Assembly (NCBI GenBank): GCA_013239625.1
Contig: MU053561.1
Location: 3,969,992 to 4,033,991 of the forward strand
Length of the DNA stretch: 64,000 nt
Reading direction: 5' to 3'
Source of the DNA: Lama guanicoe
Taxonomy: Eukaryota
In this document: positions 38,079 to 50,661 of the stretch, one piece after another
Layout: every line of letters begins with the position of its first letter
Position numbering within the stretch: position 1 is the first letter of the stretch
The notes under the pieces: generated by a model
What the model saw: the letters and a program-made list of their open reading frames with translations, nothing else
What the model was told of the DNA's origin: nothing
The model's database searches: none
Translations under genes and position numbers: made by a program

Positions 38079-41051
38079 AACAATATACTTTCATTGTGTG
38101 TTTCATTGTAGCCGTTTGGTTTCTCCTTATTGCTCCAGCTAGACCAGTTTTATTCCTTTCTGTAATTCCTGCAAGTCCTAGCATGGCCCACCTGCATGGG
38201 ACAGGTATGCATCAAATGTGTGTCGAATTAAATTGAACAATTACTAAGTGCTAGCCACAAATTACATGGCTTAAATCCAGTTCATATCATCTACAAGAGG
38301 CACTGTGCCCAAAGGGTTTGTTCATTTTTCTGAGAGATGGTCTGAGTGTCTCATTAGAACTTAGGCAGCAACTTTGCAGAGAAGGAGCAGCACAAACGGA
38401 GCTTTGTGTGCTGGAGAAAACGGGGAGGTGCGGTCACGGCAGAACTGAGCCTCCAGAGCCAAGCTCTGGGAAAAGCAGCCGAAGCAAATGTGACCGAAGG
38501 GTTGACTGGCTATGGGCCATTAGGGTCACGGGTCTGTCTTGGAGGGGAAGAGTTTACCATATGTCCTCCACAGCACCATGTAGACCAGCCTTGGTGAGTC
38601 GGACACACCCAGATTTTTGCTCCTGTCTGATTCTGCTCACTTCTACAGGACTTGACAACTTTGTTCCCTGACTTGGGAATTGAATCCATTTGTTTGCCGT
38701 ATGATCTGGGGTCTTTCTGCAGTGTTATCCTCAGGCCCCAGACTCCCAGGTCCTGGTATAGATGAGGATGTGCTATTATGAGGCCCATTCACAGTAACCC
38801 GCTCCTTTGGCAGGAGTCCAGGTGCAGAATTCAGGGTTATCTGTTGGACTAGAACATGACCCAATGTACTAGGAATCATTTTATAAATTTATCTTAAAAG
38901 CAAAGCTACTTGCAGAAATGGATTTAGCTCTGCCTTCAACTGTATCCTCAGGCTCAAATGTTTAAATGAAATAATTCACAAAATGTGTCACTGTCTGCCT
39001 GTATTTTCTCCCGATGGCAATAGAATGTTACTCAAGTCCCCAGTTCACCATCAATTATTTTTAAACTGCTTTGTCTTTTAATAAAGGCCCTTTGGGATCT
39101 GGAAGACTTGTTTCCAACGTTGATTAGAAAAGGAGAAGCAAATGTACATTTGAAAGCTATACTAAAGTTAAAAAAAAAAGCTTTTAATAAGGAAAGAAAC
39201 TTAATGTAATAGGCATTTTTGCTTTTACATTTTGAGTGGGTTGGTGCCCATAAGTGATCCTTATCATTGGAACTATGTAGGGAAACCCACCAAAATCAAA
39301 GTAAGTGCAGATTTACAGAAAAACAAACAGCAGCTGTCCCAGATCATCTAGGGCGCTGGGGCCAGCAGTCTGTTGAGAATTTATCAAGCCCAGTAGAGCA
39401 GTTCAGGGCAAAAGACATTTAAAAAATAAAAGTACAAGCCCATCGGGAATATTAAGAAAAGACTCATTCAAATTTTTTAAAAATGTACATCCATTACAAC
39501 AGTCGAAATAGGACTCTCTAAACCAGAGCTGCAAAGAGGCCACTTAAGAGAGCTTTCTCAAGGGTGGCATAAAAAAGTGTTCTGGCCTTTCCTTCACACA
39601 GCTTGGCTTGGAAGGACAGGACTTCTTTTTCCCTCTCTCTCGAAAATCCCCAAGTCACAAGTTTATGGGCTCCATTATACTGGGTTTTAAGCATTGGTCA
39701 ATTCAAGGAACCATTTTCTTTGGATAATTTAAACCAATTATTCTCAAAAGTGAATTTCTTGGTGTATTGATTCAAAATTATGTTACCAAATCTTGATTTA
39801 AAAATGTTTCCATGATCAAATAAGATTGACCTCAGATTAGTGAATCCTTCTCCAGATTCTCAGTGCACACTGGTATATGGAAAGTTCTGATTAAAGCGAG
39901 TTGTTTCTAACCTTACAATTCATAAATGCATTTGACTGTGGAACTCTTGTTTTACCAAACCTCTTTTGAAATTCCAGGGGTGGAAAACACTGATTTAGAC
40001 ATTCCTGTGACTTCAAGGCCAAGATCAAGGTCCATTTCCTTTTGATATCATTCATTCACTTATTTAATGGACATTGATTTGACTTCCACAGGTAGCTGTC
40101 AGTGGAATGGGGGAGGTAAACATATGAACAAACATCAACAATTTCACGTGACTGAGGCTTCTCTGAACCTGTCATTGTTAACAGTCTGTACAACACAATT
40201 TAGACCCACGTTATTTACTAAACATTTCCTGTGCACTTGTCTCATCTCCTCCCCTATGTTGTTTAACCTTACTTGAGGGCAAAACTCGTGCTTTATGCTT
40301 GTCTAGTGTTCTCTCTGATACTGAGCATGGAATTGGATGTGTAGTAGGTCACCAGTGAATACGGGTTGATTGATTAAAGACTAAACTAGATGATCCCTGA
40401 GTCGTTTTTAGTTTTATAGAGTTTCTAAGAGTTTTTCTCAAATATTGGTACAACCCTATGCCTATAACACTATGGTGAACCACAAAAATACTGAGTAATT
40501 CATTAGCTCTGGTTATCCAGCGGCTGTCTTATTGCCATAGAAGTAACAAAATTAGTATCTGCTGCCCCTCCAGATAGGCAAGCCACAGCAAACCAAAGCA
40601 ATTTACTCTCTGCTTATGGACACAGTTTAAGTGTTAAAACTTAGGGATTCGACCTTATTTTTATCGGAGAACAGCCAAGTTTCTGATTTTATATGGGGGA
40701 ATCCTGAGACTTAAGTGAATGTGTAGCTATTTTTTGCAAAATGTAATACAGATTAGGGTTAGCCACAATTGGTAACACTTGGGGAGCTGTTAATTTCTTG
40801 CTGGCAATTACACTGTAAACTCCCTTCATAAATTTCAGACTTGAACTTGGCATTGTCATCCAGATTTTATGCACATTAATTTGATTTACATATGCTGAGT
40901 GGTTCCTAATCCTATGATCAGTAGACAGACAGCACCTCAGTTGCTTTATATATTTGAGAATTGCTCAGAACCACAGAAACTTTATTTCGTAAGTGAACAA
41001 AGAAGTGAATGTGGCGGGGATAAGTTACACTAGGTTCTATTCAGTTATGAC

Positions 41052-41255
41052 AAGGTTTCTCAACCTCAACACTATTAACATTTCGGCCCAGATGATTCTT
41101 TGTTGTGGTAGGTGGTCCTGTGCACTATGGGATGTTTAGCAGCATCTACCTATGAGATGCAAGTAGCAACCCTTTACGCCATTATGACACCCAAAATGTC
41201 TCCAGGTGTTGCCAAATATCCCCTGGGGAGGGGATGGTGGTCGGAATCGCCACTG
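41052..41255 (+). mobile_element. MER20 DNA transposon
   Basis: tttctcaacctcaacactattaacattt...gtcctgtgcactatgggatgtttagcagcatc...aaaatgtctccag...gccaaatatcccctgggg. Confidence 0.8.
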
Positions 41256-42059
41256 ATGATAGAAGACCCTGGCAATTAAAGTCAGGTCTAGACTCCTTTT
41301 TTCATTTTGTGGATTATCTGTTAGTATGTGCTCAGAGCATGGAATCTTACTGTGCTTTGAAACTAGATAATTCCTTTTTCCTAGCCTGTGTGGCCTGGGA
41401 CAAGTTACCTAATATCTGAGAGTCTCAGTTCCCTTGTCTGTCTGGGAGCCACACATGAACAAGCTCCTAGAATTATTCCTGGAGAGGGACAGGTATGTAT
41501 TCAATGTTAGTGGTTCCCTCCTCCTTCTCCTCCTTCCACTCCTCCTGCTCTCCCATCCTGTTTCCCCCAGAGCTGAGGTTAACACCACCAAATGATATGT
41601 ACTACAAATAGCCTGGTGGTTTGTTTCCAATTTTTTCCTTCCACAGATCATCAGGAGCTGACATTATATACAAGCCTTATGTGAGCTTTGGGGGATAAAA
41701 CCGCCTAAGTCAACAGTAGATGGAGGAGAATCCAAGTCCCCAACACGCTGCATTCATGCCCAAGTATAGGGAGTGTATCCACATCCATCGGAACCATTCA
41801 TCAGTTTCTTATTCTCTGCTCAAGGCAACAAAGCTGTAACTTGACTCAACAAAGAGGATGCTCACAGATTGAGCACGTCCCCCACCTGCAGCCACCCAAA
41901 GCCATAGAATAAACCTGGTGGCTTAGTCGGCAACACCGACTGCTCCCCTGCAGAATGTGGAAGCCCGGGCCAGGCACCTTGAGGGGAACACTAACACAGG
42001 AATGTATCTGGTATTGCCTGAAACCTGAAGGGTTTACAGAAAGAACATATGGAAAGGTT

Positions 42060-42790
42060 TATAGACCTTATTTTCATTATAAAGGCATTATAACAACATT
42101 CTGAACCATTTGGAAAACGGGGGAGAAGGGAAGATCACCCAAAGTTCTAACATGCAATACAACTGTTTTCACTTTAGATATTTACTTCCAGGCCTGGTTC
42201 CTGTGCACATGTGATTTCCCTTGGCTGCAATGATTTCATACATGGTCTTCCTGAACCTGCTTTGCCCCTTGTTCCACCCCAAGTCAACACACAAACCTTT
42301 CTCCTTGTTCTTAACTGTCTTAACAGTTTTCATATTTAACAGCTACACAGAAGTCCTTGAAAAAGATTTTCCACCAAGGAACTAATGAACTATCCCATTT
42401 CTGAAGAACACTTGGCTTCTGATTTTGCAATTATAAATAATTTAGAAAAAAAAATGTCAGGAGTACAGCTTTTTCCCTCCTAGGATTATTTTTGTGGCAT
42501 AAAATCTCAAAAGTGGGATTAAGAGGTGAACTCCATGGACATTTCTGCGGTTTTAAATATACACATGTCAAATTGTTTTAAAATACATTATTCTGATTGC
42601 AAAAGCTATTCATGGCTCATGGCAAAATATTTAGAAAATACAGAAAAGTATAAAGAATAAAACAAACTCACCCATCATCCTTTAACTTGACTACTGCTAA
42701 CATTTGCTGTATTTCCTTCCAGCCTTTTTTCCCGTGTCTATCTTTAATGTATGTATGTATCTAAATTGAGTTCTGTTGTAATATTATTAA
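42060..42790. mobile_element. Ancient L1 (L1ME-like) 3' fragments
   Basis: AT-rich segments such as aaaatatttagaaaatacagaaaagtataaagaa...ctactgctaacattt typical of old L1M 3' ends. Confidence 0.5.
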
Positions 42791-43382
42791 GACTAGGATT
42801 CCTAAATGAGCCGCTGTATATGGTACTAGGCTCCACAAAGACAGTCAGATGAGTAATTCTAGCTTGCACAACAAGGGGTCTTGTGAAAGTGCAGGGGATG
42901 GCTGGGGGCTACCATGAGCACTTCAGGACACCCGCAGCCTCCTCCAGCCACCCACCTCCTGTTAAAGGCCATCTATCTTCCCTCTAGTGTTCCCAACAGA
43001 GGAAGCTTGGCTGATCTCATGCAGGGCTGTGTTCTAAAGGTAATGTGTAAGAGGGCCAGTTTACCTTCATAAACCCCTCAGGACGGCCCCCCCATTGGAC
43101 AATAACAATCCCTCTCAATAAGTTCAACCAGCTGCTTTTTCCCCGAGTGTGGGAACAGACTGCTCTTTCTTCGGAGGCACACCAGATGAAGTAGTTAGCT
43201 TGCGAAGGGGCCATGTTGTTTAAAACATACGAATCTTTCCCAGTAAGTCCACGCAGGCTCGCAAAATGAGAGAGAGGGTGATGGGGACTGACACTGAAGG
43301 AAGAAGGGCATCCCTACCTCCCACCCTGCTCATTTGGTGGGACTCCAGGAAGAATAACCCTCACTATGTACGTTGTTGTTCA

Positions 43383-43450
43383 TTTTCTCTTTCTCTCCTT
43401 TCCTTCCTTCCTCCCGTCCTTCCTTCCTTCTTTCCTCCCTCCCTCCCTTC
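43383..43450. repeat. (TTCC/CTCC)n polypyrimidine repeat
   Basis: tccttccttcctcccgtccttccttccttctttcctccctccctccc. Confidence 0.8.
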
Positions 43451-46400
43451 TATTTGTTCTAGTTGCTTATAATTTACACATGTTTAATGCTCTTATAATG
43501 AGAGTTATTATAGTTATTCAGCCTGAATTGAACATGGCTCATGACGGGGGACTGGACCTCAGCAGGCAGCCCATTTCCCTTGCTGGAGATCGTTAGCAGC
43601 CTTGTGTTGAGGTAGGACCTGCTCCTCTTCCACTTGGGCCTTTTCATCCCAATTGTGTCTCCTGGAACAATGGACAGCAGCTCTTCTTCCCCCGGTGAAA
43701 GCTTTCCTGAACTTGTGACATCCCTAATTCAGCCCATCATTTTTACTAAGGGCTGGTTTCTAGATGTCCCACCTTCCTGGTTTGCCTTTAACTGTTGCCA
43801 CACTGAGAAGAGAAGGCCTGTGGGTCTTGGGCAGAGCCCGTGGTCTCCCTCAGCTTGTTCACTGGCTGGCGGAGCAGCTGTAACAGGGAAACGGCAGTGG
43901 CACAAGCGGAAAGGCGGAAGCACACCCCAAGGCAGCCTCTCTGCAGCCCCAGCCCCAGTAGCCTGCATCCCAGATTTATGGATGGCACCTGGTGAAGCAG
44001 TGATGCAAGTCCAATGTGAAATCCAAGCACATCATCATTTATCTGTGTTTGGATTTGGTTAGGGCTTTTATTAATGACAGAGGACTTGATTAAACAAAGT
44101 TTACACTGTAACCAATTCCAGCTGGATCTAGGCCTCAGTGGGAAGCCCCAGTTCCCCTGCTGTTGTCCACTTGTCCTTTTCACTCACCATTTCTTTTCCA
44201 AGGCATTTTCTTTGACTCTGATAATGGTGAGGTCACTCGATCATGTTTATTTTAAGGGCCAGTCTGGCACGGTGGCTCTGTGATGAGGGACGTTTGTGTT
44301 GAAGGTGCTGTGTACCCTGGGACATGGCCTTATCCTAAGCTATGGGATGAAATCACTGTGTCATTCTGCCAAGGCAATGTTATCATTGAGTTTGGGCTCA
44401 CATTTAGAATTCCTCCAGCAAAAATCATATTCTAATAGACTGTTAATTGAAACATCATCAGGATTCTCTTGTATGACTACCAGAAGCCAGCTTGATGAAA
44501 TCTGGGTTCTTTGTGGGGGAGACACTAATTATAAATGGCTCTGATTACCTTTTGCTTGAGCTGTTTCCCCGAGGAAATCCACATCTCGCCAGCACAGGCT
44601 GAAGAGTGTGAGTCTGTTTGTGATTTGTGGGGAGTTCTAGCCCCTCACTGGAGCTGAGGTCAAGGCCATCTTCAAAGTTTTCTCTCAATCGGTGTCCCTT
44701 TCTTCCATCTCCTCCCCTGGCCCCGCCTCAGCCCACTCTCCTGTTCTTGCTGCTGCTCCTTTGCCCTTTGGGTCCCCCCTTCCCCTCCTGCTTTGCTCAC
44801 TCCTCTCTCTCTCAAATGCTTCTTATTATATTTCCATCTTTCTCACTTCATTTCTTCAGTTTCCCTCTATGATGACATCAGAATTCCTAAGGGCAGGGCG
44901 AATCCCAGCTCATGATTCTGTCCCAGTCAGTGACTGCAGTTGTTGGGCTGGTCTGGTTCCATTTGTTCAGGGCTCATCCATTCATGCCACAAACACTCTT
45001 CATGCTCCAAGCTGATGGGAAATGAGAGAGGCGTTTCTCCCTCTGTCCCTGACCTGGACCCGGCCCCAGGCTGGCCCCTAATTGGAAGCAGCAAATCCAG
45101 CACCAGAGCCAGGTCCATCCTCAGTGCCAGCATTACTCAGATCCCCCATGGTGCCTGGTGGAGATGGGGCCAAGCCACATAATTCACGGCCAATGCGTGT
45201 CCTTCTGATGTGTCTGCCAAAATGTCACTCTTAGCCTGTAGGTGACAGCCACTGCTCATGGGTGAAGAGCCTCCTTGTGATTTCTTCTCCTTTCTTCTTC
45301 ACCTTTCCTGCTCATTGCTATTCTTGAGAAGTTAGGAGAAGACAGCAGCCCTGTCTCTTTCAAAGAGAGTTTCTGAAGGCTGTAAGCTGGTGGGCTAAAG
45401 AAACTGCCTCATTTTCACCCCACAACTTAAAATGAAAACCATCATCTGCTACACACATAGCAGTGAGATTTCTACTATTAAACCATCTATTCAATTCAAC
45501 GTGGCAAATCAGAAGGAAATGTTTCTGTTCTGTTTAGGTGTCCTGTTTCTCATAGCACGAGAATCTCATTCTTCTAGGAAAAGACCATTTCATTCATGAA
45601 CAATGAAAATAACTGTCTTCCTAAAAAACAAAACATAACAAAAAACCAAACACGAAAAACACTGATGGTAACTCAACCTCTTCTTCTTTGCCTTTGATTC
45701 ACTCTTGTTATGTGAAGTACTCACTGCTAAGAGCATGAAGCCTGGACAATTGAACCCTGACTGAGTAATTCACACAGTTCTGGAAAATAAACTCAACAAC
45801 TCACAAACTGAATCCACTTATAGATGCTCATCCACCAAGGACCCTTGACATTCGATCTCTCCACCTCTCTGTCCAGTGTTTACTGCTTTCCCCCACCCCT
45901 CAAACCAAAGTCATAGCTTGGTAATTTCTTGTTTTAGAAAGTGACAAACAGAGTAGGCAGAGAAAACACTGTATATTTTGGATGAAAAATGAAATCATTA
46001 GGGTAGGTTTCTATTCTTGGTGACTGGAATTTTACTCTGGTTCTGATTAAGCGCAACAAAGATATTATATTTGATGTTTTCCTGTAAATGTATGAGATGG
46101 GTTTCTATTGCATGTCCATGAATGGAAATATTAACAGACTCCAGTTGGCTCCATCAGTCTCTGGCTTGGTCTTCACACCCAAAAAACCAACCAACAGAGA
46201 ATCACATTCCAGCCCAGAGTGAGTAGTTCCTGTCTTGCCTGTGTTTCATTTGTTTGTTTTTCATGGTCTCACAATTAAGAGTAAACATTATCCAGAAAAT
46301 GTATGAGAGTACATGGAATAGACACATTCTCATGTTCCGAAATTGCTCAGGGAGAAACAATTTCACATTTTAAGCATCTATCTTCTATGCCTACATTTCT

Positions 46401-46859
46401 GTCAGAATGGCAGGTCCATCCGGAATCTGTGTCTTGGTGGTTAGAGTATTTCAGTGAGGAGGGAATTTCAGTGTCTATGGGCTGCCTCATGGTGGTGAGC
46501 AAGGAGGACCTCATGACAGAGAAGTAGAGAAGTCCAGGTATTCTAGGAATTAGAAAACCAGCACTAGACTTTTAAAAGCAATTAGGTAAATTCAAGAATA
46601 GAAGCTATGCCGGATCCCACCTATACATTATCCACATCACAGAAGCAGAGATCGATATTCAATAGAAAACCTAGAGGACACAGCTGTTGCCCCTTTGGAT
46701 GGCCAGGTTTGTGAGCAGTCTGGAGAAGGGTGACAAGGAAGACCTGGGCTGCTGTCTGCCATGCCATCCACTAAGCAGTGCAACCTTGCACCTGCCCACT
46801 TCATGCCGTGTGCAAGTTACCCTATGTATAAAATGAGGGTAAGACTGATCTCAGAAGAC

Positions 46860-46983
46860 TTTTTTTTCTGCTTAGCTTTTTTTTTTACATTTTTTATTGA
46901 TTCATAATCATTTTACAGTGTTGTGTCAAATTCCAGTGTTCAGCACAATTTTTCAGTCACTCATGGACATATACACACTCATT
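46860..46983 (-). mobile_element. Young, severely 5'-truncated L1 3' end with target-site duplication
   Basis: Poly-T head; reverse complement of the 31347-31451 element; flanked by cagaaga(c)tttt and cagaagattttt. Confidence 0.88.
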
Positions 46984-47713
46984 CAGAAGATTTTTAATGG
47001 GCATTTAATAAGACAATCTCTAGAAAGCCCTTCATAGGGTGGCTGGCACATAATACACAGTAAATATTGCTTATTAGTGGTAGTAGTTGTATTCATTGTT
47101 AACCTATGGTTTATGCTAGTGAACTTTTTAATGTATTTTAATACATCATATTATATTGCATTTAATTTACACTTAAAATATAGGTAATTCCACCCTTATC
47201 GATGCCTCTTAAGCAGCCCAAGGGAGAGACCCAAAGGGGCTCTTCGGGGGATTTCTATCCTACACCTGCCCTTTGCTCCGCCAAGCCCAGACTCCAACTT
47301 CCAGTATCTGAACAAGTGACTGAGAAAGAAGCATGCCAGGGAGCTAGCCTCCTCCTGGGACCCTGGGGGCCCTTGTCCCGCTGGCACAGAGGGGCCAGGA
47401 GAGAGCCACTCTCCAGCTAGTCTTTGACTCCCAGGGAACTCCCCTCTTCCGAGTGGGAGCCAATCACTGCATGGAGTCCAGCTAGTCAGAGGAGAGTCTC
47501 CTTCTGGAGGCTGAGAGGAGGAGTCAGGGAGAGCTTTCCCTCCGGTAGGGGCCTAAACACAAAGTCCTCTTGTCTTCAGATTGTGAAGAAATAGAAAAAC
47601 TCAAAGATGCAGCAACAATGGCGCACTTATCCTCAATACATTGCACAGACAAGTGAAGGAACCCACCTCCTTCTGGGAGGACCGAGATCCGTAACTCCTT
47701 ACCTACCTTTTGG

Positions 47714-47714
<1 letters not shown>

Positions 47715-47746
<32 letters not shown>
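47715..47746. repeat. (GT)n microsatellite
   Basis: 13 perfect GT units at 47721-47746. Confidence 0.95.
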
Positions 47747-48151
47747 AATGTCCTTGTAACAGCCATGGATAGTCTTCTTTTGAGATGATAAAACTAGTTA
47801 AAAAAATGATTAAACTGAGTAATGTTGTCATCTACATTACTGGAAATACAAAGTTAACAATAACAACAAAACTCAGGGGAAAGCAAGGAAAAAACAGCTT
47901 CCAGAATAAGCGCTGGAAATACATCTATGGAAAGCAGGCATACTGATTTATAGACTCAGCTCTCTTCACCACCCAGTTGGAAGTTATATGGACCTAAATA
48001 ATTCACTTGAGTACTTGGAACAGGCTAAATGATCCCCCAGGCACGGCCCTCTTCTGGCTCTGCTGATTCTACTGACAGCCTAAGAGCAGGACTTGGGGAA
48101 CACTGGTCAGACTTCCCTCCCTGACTCCAAGAAGGTCTTTTTCAATCCTTT

Positions 48152-48357
48152 AGTGATGGTGGTGATGGTAGTAATAGTCGTAGTGGTATTGATAGTGGGG
48201 GTGGTAATGGTAATGGTAAAATGGAGGAAGTGGTGATGCTGGTAGTGGTGATGGGTGATGCCAGGAGGGTGGTGGTCATGATGATAGAGGGGGTGGGGGT
48301 GGTGCTGGCAATGCAGGTGGCACTCGTGGTGGATGTGGTGGTGGAGGAGGTGGTTAG
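48152..48357. repeat. Degenerate (GGT/GAT)n trinucleotide low-complexity tract
   Basis: gtgatggtggtgatggtagtaatagtcgtagtggt...; explains the His/Thr/Val-rich spurious ORFs here. Confidence 0.85.
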
Positions 48358-50195
48358 GGATAATGCTGCCATGCTGTATGGATCTGAAAAAGAGGCCTGT
48401 ATAAATGCTGTGATAGATTTGAGAAGTGGACAGAGAGAGGTGGGGCACTTAGGTACTAGGACTTCATGAGCACATGCGCATTGGGTACCAGGCTCTGCCT
48501 GTAACTACAACATGTGCCTTTTGAGGTGATTCCTCTCTTGGGATCAAGGCAAGCAAAACAAACTGGTGGAGGCAGATACACACTTTTACTGGCAGTAAAT
48601 TAGGTGGGATTGTTTGTTCAAAGTTTTTTGTTTGTTTTATTTTTAATTTTTTATTTATTTTTGTTTTTCCTCCTAAAAATATATTTGAATCTATATTTGG
48701 GGAATAGAAAAATTAGGTCTGAGGAAAGAAATAAAAGTAGAAAAAAAGCGGGGGCTACGAGTCCTGGACACAGAAGGGTGGACACAATGCAGGCAAAGAG
48801 GAGAGCCCTTCGTACACAGAGTGGACCAAATCAGCTTTAGGCAGAGCTTAAAAGTCCCTGAGGCCAGGTGCCCACAGGATGGGTAGGTGTCCTGGGACAG
48901 AAGGTGAGGGCTGGAGCCAGGCCTGGTGGCTGTGGCCAAGGGGAGCTGGGGCAGTCTGTCAAGAACCCACCTTCCTAGGGACAAAGGGTGACACTCTAGA
49001 CCGGACATGGCGGGATGAGTCCCTGGAAGGTCTCGGAGGGGCAGCTCCCTTTCACAGACAGAGGCCTGGTGCCAGGAGCTCAGCTGCTTCTCAAAGAAAG
49101 AGTGACTGCTAACAAATGGTTTTCATTATCATCTCACAGCCTCCACCCTTGTTCTGTATGTGTGTGCTCGGCTTTTCCCTTTCTTTTCTTCATCTTTTCG
49201 TGGGCTGTAACTAAACAATGAGGTGATTGCCATCCCAGTGGATTGCACAACACAACCAGCGGCTGGGTTGGCGCATAACTTTCTCCAAGGAAATTCTTAG
49301 ACAAGAAAAATAAGCAAGCTGGAAATAAGGCGTTTGTTTTGCATAACACCTGTGTATGCTTTTGGGCGCTTGTAAGGAAGGCAGAACGGGGTCTGCTGAG
49401 AGCTGATACTTGGTTCCTCAGCAGTGCACCTGTCAGCACGGCAATGGGGCATTCTTCTTCTGAAATAAAACCCTACATCGCCAAAGTGAAAGGGGGGCTC
49501 TCCCAGGTATCCAGGAATATAAATTGGGACCACTTGTTATTTACCAATATGAACTAATGATTGCCTTTGAATAAACTGGTGCAGCCATGGGAAGAGTTCA
49601 ATTCTGTTTGATAAACATTCATCACGTGCCTACCCTGGCACATCCTCATGGAGAGGAAAACACCTAAGACCACAAGACGTTAGTGATTCAGCAGATGCCT
49701 AAATTTGTCCCAAATCCCTGGATAACTGAGCATAGCCTTGACCATGAAGATGGTCCGTGTTGTGTTCTTCTTGTGATTCACTTGCCCTGTTAGGCAGCAA
49801 TCACCCTGAGCAAAGATACGATTAACTCTACAGGGCTGGGCAAGTTTTCATCATAGCTGGGGCAGGGCAGCTTCCTCCCTCTGACTGCAACAAGGCTGAA
49901 GAAAATGGATCATTTCAAAAACGAGTATTTCAGTTCGTTACTCAGCATCTTTGTCGGGAAATGATTGCAGATAATCGTCCTGCAGCTGCAGACTGTGCTC
50001 TACGCTTGCACAGACGGAGGCCACTGAGCATGTGCCTGGCCAGCCAGTCCACAAAGATGGGGACATAAACAAGGACTGTGGCACAAACGGGATTTCTTCT
50101 TGCCAGAGACAGCCCGACCAGGACATGGGATGGACACGAGGCATCACTTCCTATTCTGCACCCAGACTCAGTATAGCTGAATGTCTTTAATGGCA

Positions 50196-50400
50196 TTAAT
50201 AAAAATAGCTAACATTTATGTAGCATCAGCTAGGTGCCAGGCACTGGGCTAAATGCTTATTCTATTTAAGCCTCTCAACAACCCAAGGTGGAAGGTATAA
50301 TTATTTCGAATTTTTAGAGGAGACACTGACACACAGAGAGGTTAAGTCACTTACTAAAGGTCACACAGTTGGTTAAGCGGTAGGGTTGAAATGCAACCAG
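50196..50400 (-). mobile_element. MIR SINE
   Basis: aatagctaacatttat...tgccaggcactgggctaaatgctt...cagagaggttaagtcactt...aaggtcacacag. Confidence 0.75.
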
Positions 50401-50612
50401 CCCCAGGCCTCAGGGCCTTGGGTAACCGGCCATCAAGGGAACTGCAGCGTCACTAGTGGCCCTTTCCTCACAGTTCTAACAGCCTACAATTCCGTAAAGT
50501 AATAACCAAGATTCTAAAATAAATAGTTCTATTTCTCTGAATCTTAAACATCTAAACTTCTTTAAAAGCAATAGGATGAGTAGCTGAGTGCCTGGTTTCT
50601 TCTTTCTCTGCA

Positions 50613-50661
50613 TGTGTGCGTGCGTATGAGAGTGTGTGTGTGTGTGTGTGTGTGCGTGTGT
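50613..50661. repeat. Interrupted (GT)n microsatellite
   Basis: GT run interrupted by GC/GA units. Confidence 0.9.

Noticed and set aside
48107..48469. His-rich, Thr-rich and Val-rich ORFs
   Set aside because: All are translations of a degenerate (GGT/GAT)n simple repeat.
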